NCBI GenBank assembly: GCA_012295275.1
Contig: CM022667.1
Span: 6,324,001 to 6,388,000 of the forward strand
DNA from: Chrysomallon squamiferum
Lineage: Eukaryota > Animalia > Mollusca
DNA length: 64,000 nt
Direction: 5' to 3'
How positions within the stretch are numbered: position 1 is the first letter of the stretch; every line of letters starts with the position of its first letter. The notes below the pieces were generated by a model. It saw nothing but the letters and a program-made list of their open reading frames with translations. It was not told the DNA's origin and searched no databases. Position numbers and translations under genes: made by a program. Of this stretch, positions 62,645 through 64,000 are shown one piece after another.

Positions 62645-62820
62645 TTTTGATTATTTAACTTAATAAGAGAAACTGATAACAGAGCTCTTAAAAAAACGAG
62701 GAACTTTATTCCCTTTGATTATTTAACTTAATAAGAGAAACTGATACCAGAGCTCTTAAAAAAACGAGGAACTTTATTCCCTTTGATTCGTTAACTTAAT
62801 AAGAGAAACTGATAACAGAT
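62645..62820. repeat. ~68-bp tandem repeat, ~2.6 copies
   Basis: Unit tttgattatttaacttaataagagaaactgataacagagctcttaaaaaaacgaggaactttattccc. Confidence 0.9.
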
Positions 62821-64000
62821 GTTGTTAAGATATTGCACTACGTTGAAAGTTGATTTCACCTAAAGTTACAAAACATTTTGTATACACCGTTATAATATCT
62901 CTTGATGCATATTTTGTATATGAATATATTTTCGTATTTCATAATAATGAAGTAAAGATTTTGTCTTTGTTTTCTAAAATGTTTTGCTATTGGTCATTGC
63001 AAAATGTTACATTTTTTAATATATAAACATATAGTTAGATGTGTGTGTGTGTGTGTGTGCCCTACTTGGAGACGCCAGATGGTGTAAATGTTAACACCGC
63101 TCAATCAGGAATTAACTAATATTAAAGCCCTTTAATTGGAAACCCCTAATTCAGTAATACAAATATTACATAACTATAAATAATTACATCCTCTCCTTTG
63201 TTGTATTTTATGTTGAAAAAATGATGTGATTTTTAACTGATTTGCTGATATCACCGATTTCAAAACAAAGATTATATCATGTGATAACGTGAATGGGAAG
63301 AATAATTACATTATCATTCAGATTTTACTTTTTAAATTATTTTTAAAATTTTGGTTTTCTTTCCTTAGATAGTGATGTATGTATCTATATATATATTATA
63401 TCGTTCTTCCGAGATCCGCTTGCCATGCTTCTCTCCCCGTTACAACTGTATGTATGTATATTCACGTTTTATATTAATATAACGATTTTTTACTTTAATA
63501 TCTTTACTATTTTTGTAAATTTAAATTCAAAATATCAAATAAACATTCAGGAATTCCAAGATTCTTGTACATATTTGATAGTATATTGATTATTGTATAA
63601 TTTGACAATGTTTTCATGTTTGTTACATGTATATTTCTTGTAAATTTTACAATAAATTCGACAAACCTAAAAATTAAAAATTTAATTACAAAAGACTGTA
63701 GGTTGTTTTCTTTTAATATATTTAATTATAGTAGATACACTAAAACTATTTGAAAGTTTATATTTGTGTATTAACTACTTTTACTAATACATGTAATAAA
63801 ATCTAAAGTGCTTTTCAATTATTTATTTATCTTTTTAATAAAAATGTATTGTTTGTATTCCTAATCGTTTGTAAAGAATCCTGCTTCTTGTTATTTCGCT
63901 TAAAATATCCGAGCACCACTCTGCAATAGAACCTTCTTGCCAAATTTGTTCTGAATTATAAATGTTTATTCTGTCTATTTTTACATGCCGATTTAAAGCA

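Overview
AT-rich eukaryotic (invertebrate, probably lophotrochozoan/gastropod-like; inferred, not verifiable here) DNA with spliced genes, microsatellites and many decayed transposons. Most ORFs in the supplied track are spurious. The real content is a birth-and-death cluster of immunoglobulin-superfamily cell-surface genes, reconstructed by hand from splice sites. (1) A pseudogenised multi-Ig + FN3 + TM receptor (~1616-9738, +) whose tail exons carry YxxV motifs and end in ITIM (LVYTEV) + ITSM (TVYIQI). (2) Two apparently intact paralogues (29490-40635 and 50690-59644, +) encoding ~181-aa proteins with signal peptide, one non-canonical V-like Ig domain, a Thr-rich stalk built from 24-nt microexons and a hydrophobic GPI-like C-terminus. 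(3) A second pseudogenised multi-Ig receptor on the - strand (45038-~50110), head-to-head with the second paralogue. (4) Orphan exons of further family members (leader 23364, Ig 42291, Tyr-motif tails 44527, 60695, 61190). Transposon relics: Tc1, ISL2EU/Harbinger, Tigger, hAT MITE, Sola2-like, Kolobok-like, RTE LINE and one unclassified CXC-bearing element.
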